Counted from the stretch's first letter, positions 12,899 through 23,817 are shown. The stretch is DNA of 64,000 nucleotides from an uncultured Thermoplasmata archaeon (GCA_963715645.1 OY970259.1:1272545-1336544); one strand, 5' to 3'. A program made the numbers and translations. The notes: generated from the sequence alone by a model not told the origin.

Positions 12899-13680
12899 GC
12901 GAGGCCCCGCGCCGGGACGGCGCCCCGACCCCGCCCCCCGAGGGAGCGTCGGCGGAGGAGGAGTACGCCCGGACCTACGCCGCGGGGTACGAGGAAGGCG
13001 TGCGGAACGCCCTCCGTGAGGTCCTGGGCCATGTCTCCCGGGGACACACGACGGCGGAATTGCGGATGCTGGTCGAGAGCCGTCTGGCACGCATCAAGGA
13101 GGAGGTCGACTTCAAACGTCGTAGCATGACCGCCCCCCCGCGACAGCCGGCCTGGGGGTCGCTGCTCCGGCCCCCGACCGCCGCCCGCCCGTGGATCACT
13201 CCCGTCGGTCCAGTCCCGGCGCTGGCGCCCGTCCGCCTGACCGCCGGGCGATGCCTGCTGGTCCGGGAGGAACGGCCCGCCCGTGCGCTCGAAGTCCTCC
13301 GGGCGAACACCGCGGCGTTCCCCCGCGTGGCGATGGTATCGCTCCACCCGCCGGTGACCCCGGGCCTCGCGCCGGCGAGCCGGGTGGAGGTCTCGTTGAG
13401 CGGCGCGGCCGACGGGAGCGGGTCGGGCCCGCCCAGCCCCGGCGAGATCAGCGGTCAGCTCCGCGCCCCGACGGAGGCGCCGGGCGGCGCCCTCGTCTAC
13501 GTGGACGCCCTCGAGTTCCTGACCACCGAGAACTCGCTCGACATGACGCTCCGCTTCGTCAACTGGCTCGTCGGGCAGGTCCGGGATACCGGTTCGGCGC
13601 TCCTCGTTTCGTTCGACCCGCGGTCGCTCGAGGTCAAGGATTCGAGTCGGCTCGAGCGGGCGTTCCAGAACGTCCTCTAG
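12895..13680 (+). CDS. DUF835 domain-containing protein
   Basis: GTG start in a GTGA overlap with the DUF35 stop. C-terminal ..ALVYVDALEFLTTENSLDMTLRFVNWLVGQVRDTGSALLVSFDPRSLEVKDSSRLERAF.. matches the DUF835 pattern as I remember it. Intact. Confidence 0.65.
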
Positions 13681-13771
13681 CGGGGACCCGCCGCCGCACC
13701 TGCCGCGCAAGGACCCATAAGCATACGAGCCCCGGCTGCCACCTCTCCACCCGGAGGGCCCGGGACGGACG

Positions 13772-14981
13772 ATGGAGGTCGGGCTTTTCACGGACTCCTA
13801 CCCGCCGATGCGCGACGGGGTCGCTCAGGTCACCGGGGGCCTCGCGCGGCAGCTCGTTCGGCTCGGGCACCGGGTCCGGGTCTTCGCCCCGCAATCGGTG
13901 AGCGGCCGACACTTCGAGGAGGCGGTCGAGGAGGGGGTCCGCGTTGAACGGTTCCGCAGCGTCACCGTACCCCTCTACAGTCAGGACCCGCTGGCCTCTG
14001 TTCCCGCTCGGCGCCCTTCGGGGCCCGCGCGGGGCGTCGGAGGCCGACGTCCTGCACGTGCACTCCCCCGGCGGGCTCGGCAGCGTTGCCTTCCTCGCTT
14101 CGCGCCGGTTCGGACGTCCCCTCGTCGGAACCTTCCACACGAACATCCGCGAGATGCAGGAGAGCGTTCCTTCGAAGCTCCTCGTACCGGAATTCTTCCG
14201 CGTGGCATGGTGGTGGAACCTCGGCCTCTACTGGCGATGTGACGTCGCCACCGCGCCCTCGAGGGCGGCGAGGGACGCGCTCGTCGGAGGCGTCCGCAAA
14301 CCGTTCCGCCGCTCCGTCGAGGTCGTCCCGAACGGGATCGACCTGGACCGGTTCCTCCCCCACGTCCCCAGCCCCGACTGGCGGGCCCGATGCGGGCTCG
14401 GCCCCGCTCCGCTCGTGACCTACCTGGGACGCCTCACTGTCGACAAGGGCGTCCATCGGTTCCTCGACGCGGTCGCGGAGGCCAGTGCCGAGACGGAGCT
14501 GGTCGCGGTCGTCGGCGGGACCGGACCGGAGGAGGAGCGCGTTCGCGAGCGCCTCCGCGAGGACCCTCGTCTCCGCGGGAGCGTTCGGTTCATCGGCTCT
14601 GTGGTCGAGGAAGAGAAGCCGGCCTTGCTCGGCCAGAGCGACGTCTTCGTCCTGCCCTCGACCAGCGACACCTCGAGCGTGGCCGTCCTCGAGGCGATGG
14701 CCTGCGGAACGGCCGTCGTGGCCCCGGCGGAGGGAGGCGCCTCTGAGCTGGTGCAGGACGGGGTAACCGGACGATGCGTTCCGGTCCGGGAGCCGGGGGC
14801 CCTCGCCCGGACCCTCGTGGAACTCGTCCGGAATCCGGCGGACCGTACTCGGATCGCGCGGCGGGGCCAGGAGTACGTGCGCGCGGAGGGTTCGCTCGAG
14901 ATCATGGCCCGCCGCTTTATCTCCCTCTACGAGCATCTAATCGAGACGCGGAGGTCCGATGGCGGTCGTTCCCCTACCTGA
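13772..14981 (+). pseudogene. GT4-family glycosyltransferase, one frame break near 13985
   Basis: MEVGLFTDSYPPMRDGVAQVT.. N-terminus. GT-B C-terminal half ..YLGRLTVDKGV.., ..FVLPSTSDTSSVAVLEAMACGTAVVA... Confidence 0.85.
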
Positions 14982-16025
14982 GCTCCAACAGCTCGCGGGG
15001 GCCCTCGCAGGAGAGCGGCACGACGCCTACTCGGAGCGGGCGCTCTCCCGGGCCTACGAGGAGTACCTCGCGCGCCGCCGGACCCCCATCGCCCCGTTCC
15101 GGCTCTGGCCGGCGAAAAAGAATACCCCACGTTCTACGACCTGCTGGCCGACCCTGCCCCGCCCAGTGCTCCCATCGAGCTGCGCGTGAGCCCCCCGCTG
15201 GCCGCCGGAGCGCCCTGGGAGTTCCTCCGCCCGTTCGAGCGGATGACCACCGCCGCGGACGGGAGCGCGGAGATCTTCCCGGGCGGCGACGGGGGTCCGA
15301 CGCGGACGATCCAGCGGTTCCTGCTCCGCGAGCATTACCTTCCCCGCAGCCGGGTCGAGGAGGACCGGGCCGCCGCCGGGGGCACCCGGGTCAGCCTGCC
15401 GACTATCCTCCGAGACCTGAGGGTGGGGATCCAGGCCTGCCGGGTCCGCAGCCTGTTGCCGTTCTGCGTCGCCGTGCTCACCTATTTTCCGGAACAGCGA
15501 ATCGTCTACGAGCTGGACCTGCTCCGCTCGCTCGTGCTAGCGGACCCCCGGGCCGGCCGGCTCCCGCCCCCGCGGTACGTCCGACGCACTTCGCGCGTGA
15601 GCTGGCAGGTCGACCAGGTGACCGGCCGAGGGGAGATGCCGATGCTCGCCTCCCGGTGCCTCCAGGTCCTCGTCGAGTCGCACGGGCTCACCGCGGTCGA
15701 GGTCGCCCACGTCTTCGGGGGGGTCCGAGAGCTCATGGACTCCGCCCTCCAGGGCCTCGCGGCCCGGGGGCTGGTGACCTTCGACCGGCGCACGGGCGTC
15801 TACCGGCCCCGCCTTGACGCGTTCCTGCCGGTGCCGACGGCGACCGGCGTTCCGGCTCCCGAGCCCGCCCCATCCGGAGCGAACCCCGCCCTGCGGACGA
15901 GCGTCCAGGAGCTGATCGCGGCGGCCGACGCTCGCGCCACCTGCCCGCTCTGCGGGGGTCCCCTCGACCCGGCCCATACCGGACTCCTCTGCGAGAAGTG
16001 CGCCGCGGAAGTCGGCGCGGCCTAG
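14959..16025 (+). pseudogene. hypothetical protein with a winged-helix-like segment and C-terminal zinc ribbon, one frame break near 15115
   Basis: Overlaps the GT4 3' end by 23 nt. Contains ..LTAVEVAHVFGGVRELMDSALQGLAARGLVTFDRRTGVYRP.. and ..CPLCGGPLDPAHTGLLCEKC... The break lies in the A-run CGAAAAAGAA. Confidence 0.5.
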
Positions 16026-16121
16026 GGAACGGGCCTGTCGGGAGTCTCCGCCTGGGGCGGCGCCCGCCCCCGGCCTTTGAACCCGAGTTAGCTGGCTTAG
16101 AAGGCCAGTGCTTCGTCCGGG

Positions 16122-16760
16122 CTAAGCTACAGGCCCGCCCGGCCTCCGACGTAGCTTGTCCCCCTTAACCCTTCTCACGTGGCCCGTGACGGCCGGGGCG
16201 CCGGCGGAGGCGATGAGATGCGCGAGCCGTACCGGCTCGGGGACGTGGCCCTCCACGGTCGTTCGGCGCACGAGCCATGCCGCCTCGGGTCGGCGGCAAC
16301 CGACCGCGGCGACGAGGAGGGGCAGGTCCGCGTAGGGCAGCCGGAACAATCGGTGGGCGCGGAGGCGTCGCCATCGCACGCCTGCGTCGCGCGGGAACCA
16401 CTTGCGGAGCGCGGCGTGGATCGCCGGAAAATCCGGTGCGTGCCGGGTCACCGCCACGATCGGCACCCGCAGGCTCGCGTGCAGCCGGTCGAGGTCGATC
16501 ACGTTGAACCCCCCCACGACGGCGCCGTCCAGCAGGACCGCCCGTACGCTCCCCAGACCCCCGCTCGCCCGTACGAGGCGAGCGATCTCGCTCGTGGCAT
16601 CGTCCCCGTCCACCCGAACCCGACCGACCCGGACGGCCTCCACGCGCGTGGGGACGGCCATCGACACGGCCGCGACCGGTGCCCAGGCATCCTCCCGGTG
16701 GAAGGAACCGTCATCGACGCCGACCACATGGAAGTGGGGCTTGCCGAGGGCGCGCCGCAA
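16122..16760 (-). CDS. DUF99 (UPF0215, endonuclease-V-fold) family protein
   Basis: ..KPHFHVVGVDDGSF.., ..AVLLDGAVVGGFNVID.., ..PIVAVTRHAPD... TTG start at 16760 chosen. The upstream part of the 341-aa ORF looks like non-coding high-GC read-through. Confidence 0.65.
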   Translation of the reverse strand: MRRALGKPHFHVVGVDDGSFHREDAWAPVAAVSMAVPTRVEAVRVGRVRVDGDDATSEIARLVRASGGLGSVRAVLLDGAVVGGFNVIDLDRLHASLRVPIVAVTRHAPDFPAIHAALRKWFPRDAGVRWRRLRAHRLFRLPYADLPLLVAAVGCRRPEAAWLVRRTTVEGHVPEPVRLAHLIASAGAPAVTGHVRRVKGDKLRRRPGGPVA

Positions 16761-16793
16761 GGCTAAGACCTCGGAGCGGCTCGGTCGACCGGG

Positions 16794-17714
16794 ATGGTCG
16801 GCCCCGCCGTCACGGTCCGGTGCCCGGCGTGTGGCACGCCGCTTCGTGCGGTCCTCGCGCCGTCGCCCCCGACCCAGTGGTTTCCTTGCTCTCAGTGCCA
16901 CGCCCCCGTCCCGGTGGTCGTACCGCGGGACCCTCCGCCCCTGTACAGCTGGGAGGTCGTGCCGGGACTTTACCCCGCGCTTCCACCCCCTCGCTTCCCG
17001 CGGTGGCGGGCCCGTCGGATGGCCGCCGGCTCGCTGCTCGGGGTGGTCCTCGTCGCAATCCTGCTCGCCGGGCTCCTCGCCTTCTACGCACTCACGGCGT
17101 CGGCGCCCGGGAGCTTTGACGTCACCGGGACGGTTTCGCTCGGACATCCCGCCGGCGGCCCCACTCGGGGAGCGGGCGTCGCGGTGCTGGCGACGGTCGA
17201 GTCCGGGGCGACGTTCCAGACCGCGACCGCGGCCGACGGATCGTTTGCGCTCGGGGGCCTGCCGACCGGGGGGATCACGCTGCGGTTCACCGACCCGGGG
17301 TATGCAACGGTCGTCGTCTACGCATTCGTTTCGACGCTGTACTCGGCGGGCGCCACCGGCCTCGAGGTCACTCTCGGGCCCGGGAACGGGAACATGAGCT
17401 CGTCGTTCTCCCTCACCCCGTTCTCCGACCTCGAGCAGTTCGTCGCAGCGCTCGGGGCCGGCGTGCTCCTCCTCGGGGTCGTCGCGGGCGTCGCCGCCTA
17501 CGCTGCGCTCCTCACCCTCCGCTACGACCGACCCGCGCTCGGCGTCGTCGGGGGAGGCGCCGGGATGCTCGCCCCGGTCGCCCTCGCGCTACTCTCCCTC
17601 GGAGATCCGTTCCCCGAGGTGCTCGCCGGTTCGGCCGGCCTCGCGCTGTTGGGGGGCTTCGCGCTGGCGCTCCGAGCCGTCCAGATGGCGCAGACCGGTC
17701 CGGCCGCCACCTGA
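16794..17714 (+). CDS. membrane protein: N-terminal zinc ribbon, TM helix, carboxypeptidase-regulatory-like beta domain, C-terminal TM helices
   Basis: Intact 306 aa. CPACG..CSQCH; TM LLGVVLVAILLAGLLAF; ..TAADGSFALGGLPTGGITLRFTDPGY..; hydrophobic C-terminus. Confidence 0.55.
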   Translation: MVGPAVTVRCPACGTPLRAVLAPSPPTQWFPCSQCHAPVPVVVPRDPPPLYSWEVVPGLYPALPPPRFPRWRARRMAAGSLLGVVLVAILLAGLLAFYALTASAPGSFDVTGTVSLGHPAGGPTRGAGVAVLATVESGATFQTATAADGSFALGGLPTGGITLRFTDPGYATVVVYAFVSTLYSAGATGLEVTLGPGNGNMSSSFSLTPFSDLEQFVAALGAGVLLLGVVAGVAAYAALLTLRYDRPALGVVGGGAGMLAPVALALLSLGDPFPEVLAGSAGLALLGGFALALRAVQMAQTGPAAT

Positions 17715-17733
17715 GATCCACGGACCCAGAGCC

Positions 17734-18600
17734 ATGACAGCGAGCCCGCCCGAGGAAAATTCCGTGGGAGTCGGCCTGCGCGTGGGATGCTCCTCGTGGA
17801 CCTCGGAGGCCTGGTGGGGACGGGTCTACGCGAGGGGACTTCCCGACGGGCAGCGGCTTTCGGTCTACGCCCGCCTCTTCGACGTGGTCGAGGTCGACTC
17901 GACCTACTACCGGAGCCCACCCCGGGCGATGGTCGAGGGGTGGCGCCGCAAGACGCCCGACTCGTTCCTCTTCACGCTCAAGTTCCCCCGCGACCTTCTC
18001 GACCCGAAGACCCCCGTGGACCCGGTAGCGGTCGACGAGTTTCTGGCGAGCGCGCGGGTCCTCGGACCCAAGCTCGGCCCGATCCTCCTTCAGTTCCCGC
18101 CCTGGGTGCGACCGGGACGGGCCACCTCGTTCCTGCGGTCGCTGCTGGACGCGCTCGACCCGGGCCTCCGGTACTCGGTGGAGCTGCGGGATGCCGGGTG
18201 GTACCGGGGCGAGACCTGGACCGACCTCCGGCGACTCCTGACGGACCGTAGGGTCGCGCTCGCCTGGTCGTTCCTCACGTACGTCGAGGTGCCGCCGGAA
18301 CTTACGTCCGATTTCGTCTACCTCCGCTTCATCGGAGACCACACCACGGTTCCCGCGGAACACCACGGTGAGGTCCGCGTCGACCGGAGCGAGGAGACCC
18401 GGCGCTGGGCGGAACGCCTTCGGCAACACTCGGATTCCCTCTTGAGGTCGTTCGTATTCTTCAACAACCACTATGCGGGCTTCGCGCCGGCGTCGGTCAA
18501 TGAGTTCCGGAGCGCGATGGGGCTCGGGCCGGTCGACTTCGGCCGCTACGCGCGCGGCGCGCAGCGTCTCGAGGACGCTGCCGGGGCGACGCCCCCCTAA
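17734..18600 (+). CDS. DUF72 (UPF0759) family protein
   Basis: Intact 288 aa. ..VGCSSWT.., ..FDVVEVDSTYYR.., ..FLFTLKFPR.., ..ILLQFPPW.., ..FVFFNNHYAGFAP... Confidence 0.8.
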   Translation: MTASPPEENSVGVGLRVGCSSWTSEAWWGRVYARGLPDGQRLSVYARLFDVVEVDSTYYRSPPRAMVEGWRRKTPDSFLFTLKFPRDLLDPKTPVDPVAVDEFLASARVLGPKLGPILLQFPPWVRPGRATSFLRSLLDALDPGLRYSVELRDAGWYRGETWTDLRRLLTDRRVALAWSFLTYVEVPPELTSDFVYLRFIGDHTTVPAEHHGEVRVDRSEETRRWAERLRQHSDSLLRSFVFFNNHYAGFAPASVNEFRSAMGLGPVDFGRYARGAQRLEDAAGATPP

Positions 18601-19088
18601 CCCAGGTCGCTGGGACCCGCCGGGGTCGGACGAACGCTCTCGGGGATCGGACGGCGCGAGCGATAGCCTCCGTCAAGCCGATGGTAGAAGCCGACCTCCC
18701 CTTCGCCCAGCCGCCAGCAGAGGCACACGACCTCGCCGTCGATGAGCCCATAGAAATCTACGAGCCCCCCAGGAAGGTCCTTCACCTCGATGCCGTCCCG
18801 CTGGAGGGAGCCGACCGCTTCCTCGAGCCGATGGGTCAGGTGCGCCCATTCGGCGTCGAGCTGCGTCTTGCGGGCGTGGTCGGCATGGTCGACCGCGTCG
18901 ACCTCCTTCCCCCAGAACGCGCTGAGGCGGTCGACCTCGGCCTGGACCTCGACGAGGCGGAGCGCCCAGGCCCGGAGCCGAGGCAACAGCTCTCCGAGTT
19001 GGGGAAGGCGACGGTTCGCCTCGGCGACGGTCCACAGGCGGGCGGGCTGGGGGAGGTCCGGAGCTGGGTCGTCGAGGTCGCGTGCCAT
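18597..19088 (-). CDS. DUF2203 family protein
   Basis: Intact 163 aa. ..LWTVAEANRRLPQL.., ..GIEVKDLPGGLVDFYGLIDGEVVCLCWRLGE... Confidence 0.65.
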   Translation of the reverse strand: MARDLDDPAPDLPQPARLWTVAEANRRLPQLGELLPRLRAWALRLVEVQAEVDRLSAFWGKEVDAVDHADHARKTQLDAEWAHLTHRLEEAVGSLQRDGIEVKDLPGGLVDFYGLIDGEVVCLCWRLGEGEVGFYHRLDGGYRSRRPIPESVRPTPAGPSDLG

Positions 19089-19113
19089 CCGGTGAGGGAA
19101 AGAGCCGGAGGAG

Positions 19114-19120
19114 TATTTAC
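19114..19120 (-). promoter_or_regulatory. TATA-like box about 29 nt upstream of the DUF2203 ATG (leaderless-type spacing)
   Basis: Minus strand reads GTAAATA. ATG at 19088. Confidence 0.4.
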
Positions 19121-19154
19121 GGGGGTGATGGGGGCGGGGTAACCGACGCGTCCC

Positions 19155-19185
19155 GGTCCCGGCAGCGTCCGGGGGTGCCGGGACC
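19155..19185 (-). terminator. perfect 10-bp stem-loop just downstream of kbl
   Basis: GGTCCCGGCA (19155-19164) and TGCCGGGACC (19176-19185) are exact reverse complements with an 11-nt loop, 15 nt past the kbl stop (19200). Confidence 0.4.
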
Positions 19186-19199
19186 CACCCCGGGCAAGT

Positions 19200-20398
19200 C
19201 TAGATGAGCCGAAGCTCCCGGCCGGCCTTTTCGAACGCCGAGACCGCGAACGTGACGTCGTCGGGGCTGAGAGCGGCGTTCATGATCGTTCGGATCCGGG
19301 CCTGGTCCTTGGCGACCATCGGAAAGACGATCGGCAGGGCGAAGACCCCGAGCTCGAACAGGCGCTGGCTGAGCCGCTTCGCGACGGCGCTCTCCCCGAC
19401 CAGGATCGGGGTGATCGGGGTCTCGCTCTTCCCGGTGCGGAACCCAAGCTCCTGCATCGCCTTCCGGAACCGTCGCGTGTGCTCCCACAGTCGCTCCACG
19501 TGCTGGGGCTCGCTCTCGAGCACGTCGATCGCCGCGATGCAGGCCGCCGCGACGGCGGGCGGATGGGAGCCGCTCAACAGCCAGGTCCGAGACCGGTTGT
19601 AAGCGAAGTCGATCAGGGAGCGCGGAACCGGAGATGTGGCCCCCGACGACCCCGAACGCCTTCGAGAACGTCCCCATCTCGACGTGGACCTGGTCGCGCC
19701 GGAGCCCGAAATGGGAGACGATCCCCCGTCCCCCCTGTCCGAGGACCCCCTCCCCATGGGCGTCGTCGACGTAGACCATCGCCCCGTGCTGCCCCGCCAG
19801 CGCGGCGATCCGGTCGAGGGGCGCGACGTCTCCGTCCATCGAGAAGACGCCGTCCGTGATCACGAGGATCCGTCGGTAGGCCGGGGTGTGCTCTTCGGCG
19901 GCCGCAAGGACCTTCCCGAGGTCCTCGACGTCGGTGTGGTGGTAGACGGCCCGCTCCGCGCGCGAAAGACGGACGCCGTCGATGATGCTCCCGTGGTTGA
20001 GCTCGTCGCTGATGATGAGGTCCCCCTCGCCGACGAGCTGGGGGATGAGGCCCGAATTCGTCGCGAAGCCGCTCTGGTAGACGAGCGACGCCTCGGCATG
20101 CTTGAACTTTGCGAGGCGGTGCTCGAGCTCGACGTGGAGGTCCATGTTCCCGGCGATTGGACGGACCGAACCGGAGCCGACGCCGTGGGTCTCCACGGCC
20201 CGCGTCGCCGCGTCCTTGAGGCTGCGGATGGTTGCTGAGAGCCGAGGTAATTGTTCGAGCAGAACATCAGCACCTTCTTCCCGTCGATCTGGCACCACGG
20301 GGCGCTCGGCCCCTCCAGGACCCGCAGCTTCCAGTCGAGCTCGCTGACGGACGAGGTCGCCGGTACTCCTCGCCCAGGAACGAGACCGGGTCGCGCAT
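19200..20398 (-). pseudogene. kbl: glycine C-acetyltransferase (2-amino-3-ketobutyrate CoA ligase), at least 3 frame breaks
   Basis: MRDPVSFLGEE.., ..LMFCSNNYLG.., ..SGFATNSGLIPQL..ISDELNHGSIIDG.., ..VITDGVFSMDGD..VDDAHG.., PLP-lysine GTFSKAFG, C-terminus ..AFEKAGRELRLI. Confidence 0.88.
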
Positions 20399-20400
20399 GC

Positions 20401-21466
20401 TCACCACTTCGGCTCGAGCGAGATCTTGGCAGCCTGCATCGATTCGATGAGCTCCATCGCCCGGGGGAGGTCGCGGATCGGCATCCGGTGCGTGATGATC
20501 TCGGCCATCTTCTCTTTCAGTTCGGGTCGGGCGAGCAGGCTCTTTACCTGGTACCAGGTCGTGAACATCCGCCGCCCAAAGATGCCGTAGACCCGGGCCG
20601 CCTTGGTGATCATCGCGTCGTCGAAATTCGAACGACGCCTCCTTGTCGAAGAGCCCCAGCAGGGAGACACGACCGCCGGGAGTGAGCGCATCGAACGCGA
20701 GCTTCAGCGAGGCCGGGTGCCCCGACATCTCTACCGCCACGTCCACCCCGTGCCCCCCGGTCTCCGAGAGGATGGTCCGCAACACCTCCGCGCCGTCGGT
20801 GGTGGGGTTGAGGACCCGGTCGGCCCCCATCTTGAGCGCCAGCCCGGAGCGCAACGGATTCACCTCGGTGGCGAAGACCGCCCGGGCCCCCAGCGTCCGA
20901 GCGACCACGATCGCGAGCAGCCCGATCGGCCCGCAGCCCGTGACCAGCACGTTCTTTCCGGCGAGGTCCTCGATGTTGTCCTCGGGAAGGAGCGAGTGAA
21001 CCGCGTTGCCGAGGGGTTCCTGGATCGCGGCGATCGCCGGGTCGAGCGACGGGTCGTTCTTCCAGGCGTTCCTGGCGGGCAGCACCGCAAACTCGGCGAA
21101 CACGCCGTTCCGATCGACGCCCAGCACCTGCACGTTCTCGCAGATGTGCATCTTCCCGTTACGACACTGGTAGCAGGTGCCGTCGGCGATATGGGTCTCG
21201 GCGGAGACGTGGTCTCCGACGGCGAGGTTCTTCACCCTTCGTCCGACCTGCAGGACCTCTCCGCTGAGCTCGTGACCAAAGATGAGCGGGATCGTCTTCA
21301 TCCGGGACTGGGCCCAATGGTTCCAGAGCCAGATGTGGACGTCCGTCCCGCAGACCGAGGAGGCCCGAACCGCGACGAGCACCTCGTCCTCCCCCGGGGT
21401 CGGGTCGGGGACGGTCCGTACCTCGGCCCCCGGACCCCGGGTTGCCTTTACGACGGCCTGCACCAT
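20401..21466 (-). pseudogene. tdh: L-threonine 3-dehydrogenase (zinc ADH family), one frame break near 20625
   Basis: ..SVCGTDVHIW..GHELSGEV.., ..VTGCGPIGLL... C-terminus ..ITHRMPIRDLPRAMELIE.. is in a second frame. The stop lies 2 nt before the kbl ATG. Confidence 0.88.
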
Positions 21467-21511
21467 CTCCCTCGCTCGCCCGACGAAGGGGTTCCGGGCT
21501 TAACGGTTGGG

Positions 21512-21529
21512 GCGCGCGGGCCCGCGCGC
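21512..21529. repeat. perfect 18-nt GC palindrome in the tdh / rpl3 divergent intergenic region
   Basis: GCGCGCGGGCCCGCGCGC equals its own reverse complement. Confidence 0.6.
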
Positions 21530-21651
21530 GGCCGCTGCGGGGTCCAGCCCTTCTCTACGCGCGCGTTCGGACGGGCACGTCCTCGCGACGCACGGCTCGG
21601 CGGTGCGGAGGCCCTCCGCTATCGAGGAATCGACGAAAATCCGAGGAGCCG

Positions 21652-21659
21652 TTATATAG
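21652..21659 (+). promoter_or_regulatory. TATA box of the ribosomal-protein operon
   Basis: TTATATAG about 50 nt upstream of the rpl3 ATG (21709), in an otherwise GC-rich spacer. Confidence 0.5.
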
Positions 21660-21708
21660 GGTACCTTTCTCCCCCGTCCCCACCGGAGGCAGGACCCCCT
21701 ATCGACCT

Positions 21709-22710
21709 ATGGCCCGTCATCGTCCGCGGCGAGGTTCTCTCGCCTATTCCCCCCGTTCCCGTTCCGTCCGTCCGGTCCCCCGGATTCGCTCCTGGGCGGC
21801 GACGGGCGAAGACCCCCGCCCTGGAAGGGTTCGCCGGGTTCAAGGTCGGGATGACCCATGCCTTCATCGTCGATTACCGCAAGAGGTCGACCACGGCCGG
21901 CCAGGAGGTCTCGGTCCCGGTCACCGTCATCGAGGTCCCTCCGCTGCGCGTGGCAGGGGCGCGCATCTATGCGCGGGAGCCGTACGGCCAGCGCATCGTC
22001 AGCGAGGTCTGGGGCGGCGACCCGATCGAGGAGCTCGAACGCCGGCTCCCGGCCCACCCGCCGAGCCCCGAGGACAAGCTCGACGCCTTCGGCCAGGCGG
22101 CGGGGGACGAGGTCCGACTGATGGTCTACACCCAACCTCACCTGATCACGGGGATCGGGTCGAAGACCCCTTCGCTCTTCGAGGTCCGCGTCTCCGGGGA
22201 GAAGTTCGAGGAGCGGCGCGCGTTCGCACTCTCCTCCGCTCGGCAAGGAGATCCCGGCCGAGGAGCTCGCCAAGGAAGGCGAGTTCGTCGACGTTCTCGG
22301 GGTCACCAAGGGGTTCGGCTTCCAGGGCCACATCCAGCGCTGGGGCGTCAAGCTCCAGCCCCGGAAGAACTCGAAGCACCGCCGGATGATCGGCACGCTG
22401 GGCCCGCACAACCCGAGCTTCGTCACCTACCGGATCCCCCAGGCGGGTCAGCAGGGCTACCACCGCCGGACCCAGTTCAACATGCGCGTCCTCCGGGTCG
22501 TCAAGGACCCTCGGACGGACCCGATCACCCCGACCGGGGGATTCCCGCATTACGGCGAGGTCCGCACCGCCTGCATCCTCCTCCACGGATCGGTCCCGGG
22601 GCCGGCGAAGCGCCTGCTTCGGTTCCGGACGCCGATCCGCAGCCAGATCGCTTTCGGTCGAGAAGGTCGACATCCGCTACCTCAGCACGCGCTCGAAGCA
22701 GGGAGCCTGA
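21709..22710 (+). pseudogene. rpl3: 50S ribosomal protein L3 (uL3), at least 4 frame breaks
   Basis: MARHRPRRGSLAYSPR.., ..GFAGFKVGMTHAF..VPVTVIEVPPLRV.., ..GPHNPSFVTYRIPQAGQQGYHRRTQFN.., ..LSTRSKQGA stop. Confidence 0.9.
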
Positions 22711-23554
22711 TGACGCCGGAGTCGACGGCGGGCCCTGCGGCCCCGCCCGAACCCACGTCGCTCCACCACCGGGTCCACCTGGTCGGGCTCGACGGCAAGC
22801 ACCGGACCACGACCGTCACGCTCCCGCTCGCGTTCTCCAGCCCGCTCCGCCCGGACCTCATCCAGCCGGGCGGTCATCGCTGCCCAGTCCCACCGCCGCC
22901 AGCCGTACGGGACCTCTCTCACCGGCGGGCGGCGACACTCGGTCGAGTGGTCGGGGAAAGGAAAGGGGGTCTCCCGGACGCCCGCGCCTGATGGACTCGA
23001 ATGCGAGGCGCGCAGGCCCCGAACACCGTCGGCGGAGGGCAGGCGCATCCCCCCCGCGTGGACCGGCATCTGGACCAAGAAGATCAACCACAAGGAGCGC
23101 CCGCCTCGCCTTCGCCTCGGCCCTCGCCGCTACCCGAGAGCACGGCGCTCGCGAGCGCGCGGGGTCACACCCTCCCCAAGGAGCTCCATCTGCCGGTCGT
23201 CCTCGAAGACCCCGTCGAGGAAATCGTCACGACCAAGGACGCCCGCGCGCTCCTGGAGCGGCTCCATCTCTGGGACGACGTCGAGCGAGCCCGGAACGGG
23301 ATCCAACTGCAAGTCCGGGCCGGGCTCGACGCCGAGGCCGGGGCCGACGGGTGCCCCGGAGCCTCCTGGTCGTCACGAGCCGGTCCCGGCCGAGCCCGGG
23401 GGTTCCGCAACCTCGTCGGGCGTCGAGGTCGTCCCCGCCCAGCGCCTCGCCACCGAGCATCTCGCCCCCGGCGGGGATGCCGGTCGGCTCACGGTCTTCT
23501 CGCATGCGGCGGTCGAGTCGCTTCGCGCCCGGCTCGCGGGAGGCGGCCGCATGA
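22710..23554 (+). pseudogene. rpl4: 50S ribosomal protein L4 (uL4), many frame breaks
   Basis: ATG in a TGATG overlap with the rpl3 stop. ..LDGKHRTTTVTLPLAFSSPLRPDLI.., ..GKGKGVSRTPR.., ..KERRLAFASALAAT.., ..LPVVLEDPVEEIVTTKDARALLERL... Confidence 0.85.
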
Positions 23555-23817
23555 CGCGAGCTCCGCCACCGGATCATCCTGCACGCCTACGTGACCGAGA
23601 AGTCGATGGACGAGATGGAGCGTCTGAACAAGCTCGAGTTCGTCGTCGACCACCGGGCCACCCGGGCCGAGATCAAGCGCGCGGTCGAGGAGACCTACCA
23701 GTGCAAGGTGGTCGAAGGTCAACACGAAGATCGTCCGCACGGGCAAGATCGCGACCGTCCGCTTCGACGAAGGAGTTCTCGGCCGAGGACATCGGCAGCC
23801 GGGCAGGAGTGTTCTGA
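23551..23817 (+). pseudogene. rpl23: 50S ribosomal protein L23 (uL23), frame breaks
   Basis: ..YVTEKSMDEMERLNKLEFVVDHRATRAEIKRAVEETYQCKVV.. and C-terminus ..KEFSAEDIGSRAGVF. ATGA overlap with rpl4. Confidence 0.85.

Noticed and set aside
16085-16121. A locally AT-richer stem-loop (CTGGC-TTAGAAG-GCCAG nested in TTAGC..GCTAA) between convergent genes, considered as a small RNA such as a C/D box sRNA.
   Set aside because: There are no C (RUGAUGA) or D (CUGA) boxes and no other recognisable ncRNA signature. It is most simply a terminator-like structure.
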